IMG/VR virus record: IMGVR_UViG_3300020045_015549
Span: 1 to 37,032 of that record
DNA: 37,032 nucleotides
Strand: one strand, 5' to 3'
Origin: a virus
Taxonomy: Duplodnaviria > Caudoviricetes
The notes under the pieces are model-generated. The model worked only from the letters and a program-made list of their open reading frames with translations. It was not told the origin of the DNA and made no database searches. The translations under genes were made by a program, and so were the position numbers. Within the stretch, counting starts at the first letter, position 1. Each line of letters begins with the position of its first letter. This document shows, in pieces, positions 35,618-37,032 of this stretch.

Positions 35618-35803
35618 CTACCACTGGTACTTGATTTTCACTAATACATCCGTAGGGCTTCCCTTGAAGCGTCCTACGGTCTCATCGACCATCCCTTTGA
35701 GCGCTAAACTATCGTGCGAAAGAACCAATCCTTCTTCATGAATTAAGTACTTCTGCGTCAAGGTTTGCTCCTCATCGGCAACTCTGATGGTCACTTCTAT
35801 CAT
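35618..35803 (-). CDS. Hypothetical protein
   Basis: 61-aa ORF just upstream of the TerS-like gene. Confidence 0.55.
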   Translation of the reverse strand: MIEVTIRVADEEQTLTQKYLIHEEGLVLSHDSLALKGMVDETVGRFKGSPTDVLVKIKYQW

Positions 35804-35928
35804 TTAAATTTGAATATATGGGGAAGTAATAATTTGAAGCGAGAATATTTTGCCGAGTGTGTGGGATTTTGTAGGAATTAACTCGGGAATCTGCCATAAA
35901 GGTTTCACCAACAACACCAAAGGAAAAC

Positions 35929-36276
35929 ATGCCATCCCAATCCCAACTAAAAGAACTTCTAACCGAAAGCTACCGCCAAGAATATGACCTTTTCAACTTA
36001 TGCGCTGAATGTCTCTGCGCTCTATTTCCTCTGCGAAAAGGACTAGTCATCCAGCTTCTCGGGGAAGCACGTGACCTCTATTACGAATCCCATTCCATCC
36101 CTTCCCTTCAAGAAATAGCAGACAAGGTGAAAACCTCAATGGAGGGGAACAACTCCGATGACTATATCTGCGATGGATGCAAAGATTTGACTGTCCGTCC
36201 TCAGATCAATAAAGACACCCCAGAAGTTTCAGAAGAAAAACCAAAGCGTCGAAGCAGGAAGAAAAAAAATGTCTAA
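35929..36276 (+). CDS. Hypothetical early protein
   Basis: 115 aa with AAGGA SD and two CxxC motifs. Confidence 0.65.
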   Translation: MPSQSQLKELLTESYRQEYDLFNLCAECLCALFPLRKGLVIQLLGEARDLYYESHSIPSLQEIADKVKTSMEGNNSDDYICDGCKDLTVRPQINKDTPEVSEEKPKRRSRKKKNV

Positions 36277-36457
36277 GCCCTCAGATAAAACCGTCGCCCG
36301 CGTTAACGTCTACAAATCAGTTATGAACTCCATCAAGCGCGGAGAGCCAACCGAAAAGCAATGGTTCGACAAGAAGAGCCAGAAAGCTTTCAAATTAAAA
36401 CTTGAGTGCGTGGAAGTGCGCACCGATGAAGATGGAAACAAATGGGTGAAGATCTAA
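36269..36457 (+). CDS. Hypothetical early protein
   Basis: 62-aa ORF in the overlapping chain. Confidence 0.55.
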   Translation: MSKPSDKTVARVNVYKSVMNSIKRGEPTEKQWFDKKSQKAFKLKLECVEVRTDEDGNKWVKI

Positions 36458-36630
36458 CAGAGCTTGCAGATCAATTTCTTGAGGAATGGGAGCCGCTTGA
36501 TTCCCAGTTTGCAAATACGGAAGAAGCCTATATAAATGGTGTATATAATTTTTCTGATTGGTTAAAACAAAAAAACGGAAAACTCCCATGCCAACCACCC
36601 CAAAATTCTGCCCCAAAGGCCACAAACTGA
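36442..36630 (+). CDS. Hypothetical early protein
   Basis: 62-aa ORF, acidic N-terminal half. Confidence 0.5.
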   Translation: MGEDLTELADQFLEEWEPLDSQFANTEEAYINGVYNFSDWLKQKNGKLPCQPPQNSAPKATN

Positions 36631-36740
36631 GCTACTCCACCTTGTACGACGCCAAATACTGTCGCATCTGCAACCAGTGGACGGAGATCGCCTCCCGCGA
36701 TCGTCCCCCAGCCCCTAAGCCCTACCAGCGCCACCCATGA
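36588..36740 (+). CDS. Small zinc-ribbon protein
   Basis: CPKGH...CRIC; ATGA overlap with the next gene. Confidence 0.5.
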   Translation: MPTTPKFCPKGHKLSYSTLYDAKYCRICNQWTEIASRDRPPAPKPYQRHP

Positions 36741-36988
36741 CCGTCGTGTACTGCCTGACCTCTCCCAACGAAGTGACTCTCCCCATCATCTATACAGGCA
36801 CATCCCCCGACCACCTAGCGCGGGAGATCCGTCTCGCGATGAAGGCGCATGACCTCTGCGGCGTAGATGCTTTCGCCAAGATTTGGCGACCTATCTCGCC
36901 GATGACCTACATGCGCCTATCCTACCGAGATGTCTTCCCCTCCAATCTCAAAATATTCTTTGAAGAGCAAAAACAATGGAAACCCTAA
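36737..36988 (+). CDS. Hypothetical early protein
   Basis: 83-aa ORF running into the terminal repeat. Confidence 0.55.
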   Translation: MTVVYCLTSPNEVTLPIIYTGTSPDHLAREIRLAMKAHDLCGVDAFAKIWRPISPMTYMRLSYRDVFPSNLKIFFEEQKQWKP

Positions 36989-37032
36989 GATGGAGCGTAG
37001 ATGCAAAAGCTCTGGAAACTTTTACGACCTAC
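36912..37032. repeat. Terminal direct repeat, copy 2
   Basis: Identical to 1-121. Confidence 0.95.

Noticed and set aside
1-37032. Alternative genetic code (stop-codon reassignment)
   Set aside because: Core genes are full length in the standard bacterial code, and TAA, TAG and TGA all end genes at sensible boundaries

Overview
This window is an apparently complete, circularly assembled genome of a tailed dsDNA phage with a podovirus-like layout. It has about 36.9 kb of unique sequence; bases 1-121 are repeated exactly at 36912-37032. A + strand morphogenesis arm (16585-34123) carries TerL, a P22-like portal, scaffold, an N4-gp56-type major capsid protein, tail adaptor and nozzle, and three putative ejection proteins. 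A divergent - strand arm (16480-6122) carries three large repeat-rich tail fibre/spike proteins and small lipoproteins. The early region carries an SSB, a YqaJ exonuclease, a Cro-like HTH, an HTH replication-initiator-like protein and many small ORFs. Five HNH-type nuclease genes are scattered through the genome. I could not recognise an integrase, DNA polymerase, helicase, endolysin, tRNA or CRISPR array. The main unusual signals are: (1) structural genes that appear to start at ATT or ATC codons behind strong SD sequences; (2) a 74-aa identical but synonymously recoded duplication inside a tail fibre; (3) RBS-occluding structures in front of three HNH genes, including a three-way-junction RNA element; (4) a plasmid-like countertranscript arrangement upstream of the rep-like gene; (5) a TerS candidate far from and antisense to TerL; (6) three E1-FCCH-like domains in virion proteins. 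All functional calls come from motif recognition by eye, not from database searches.
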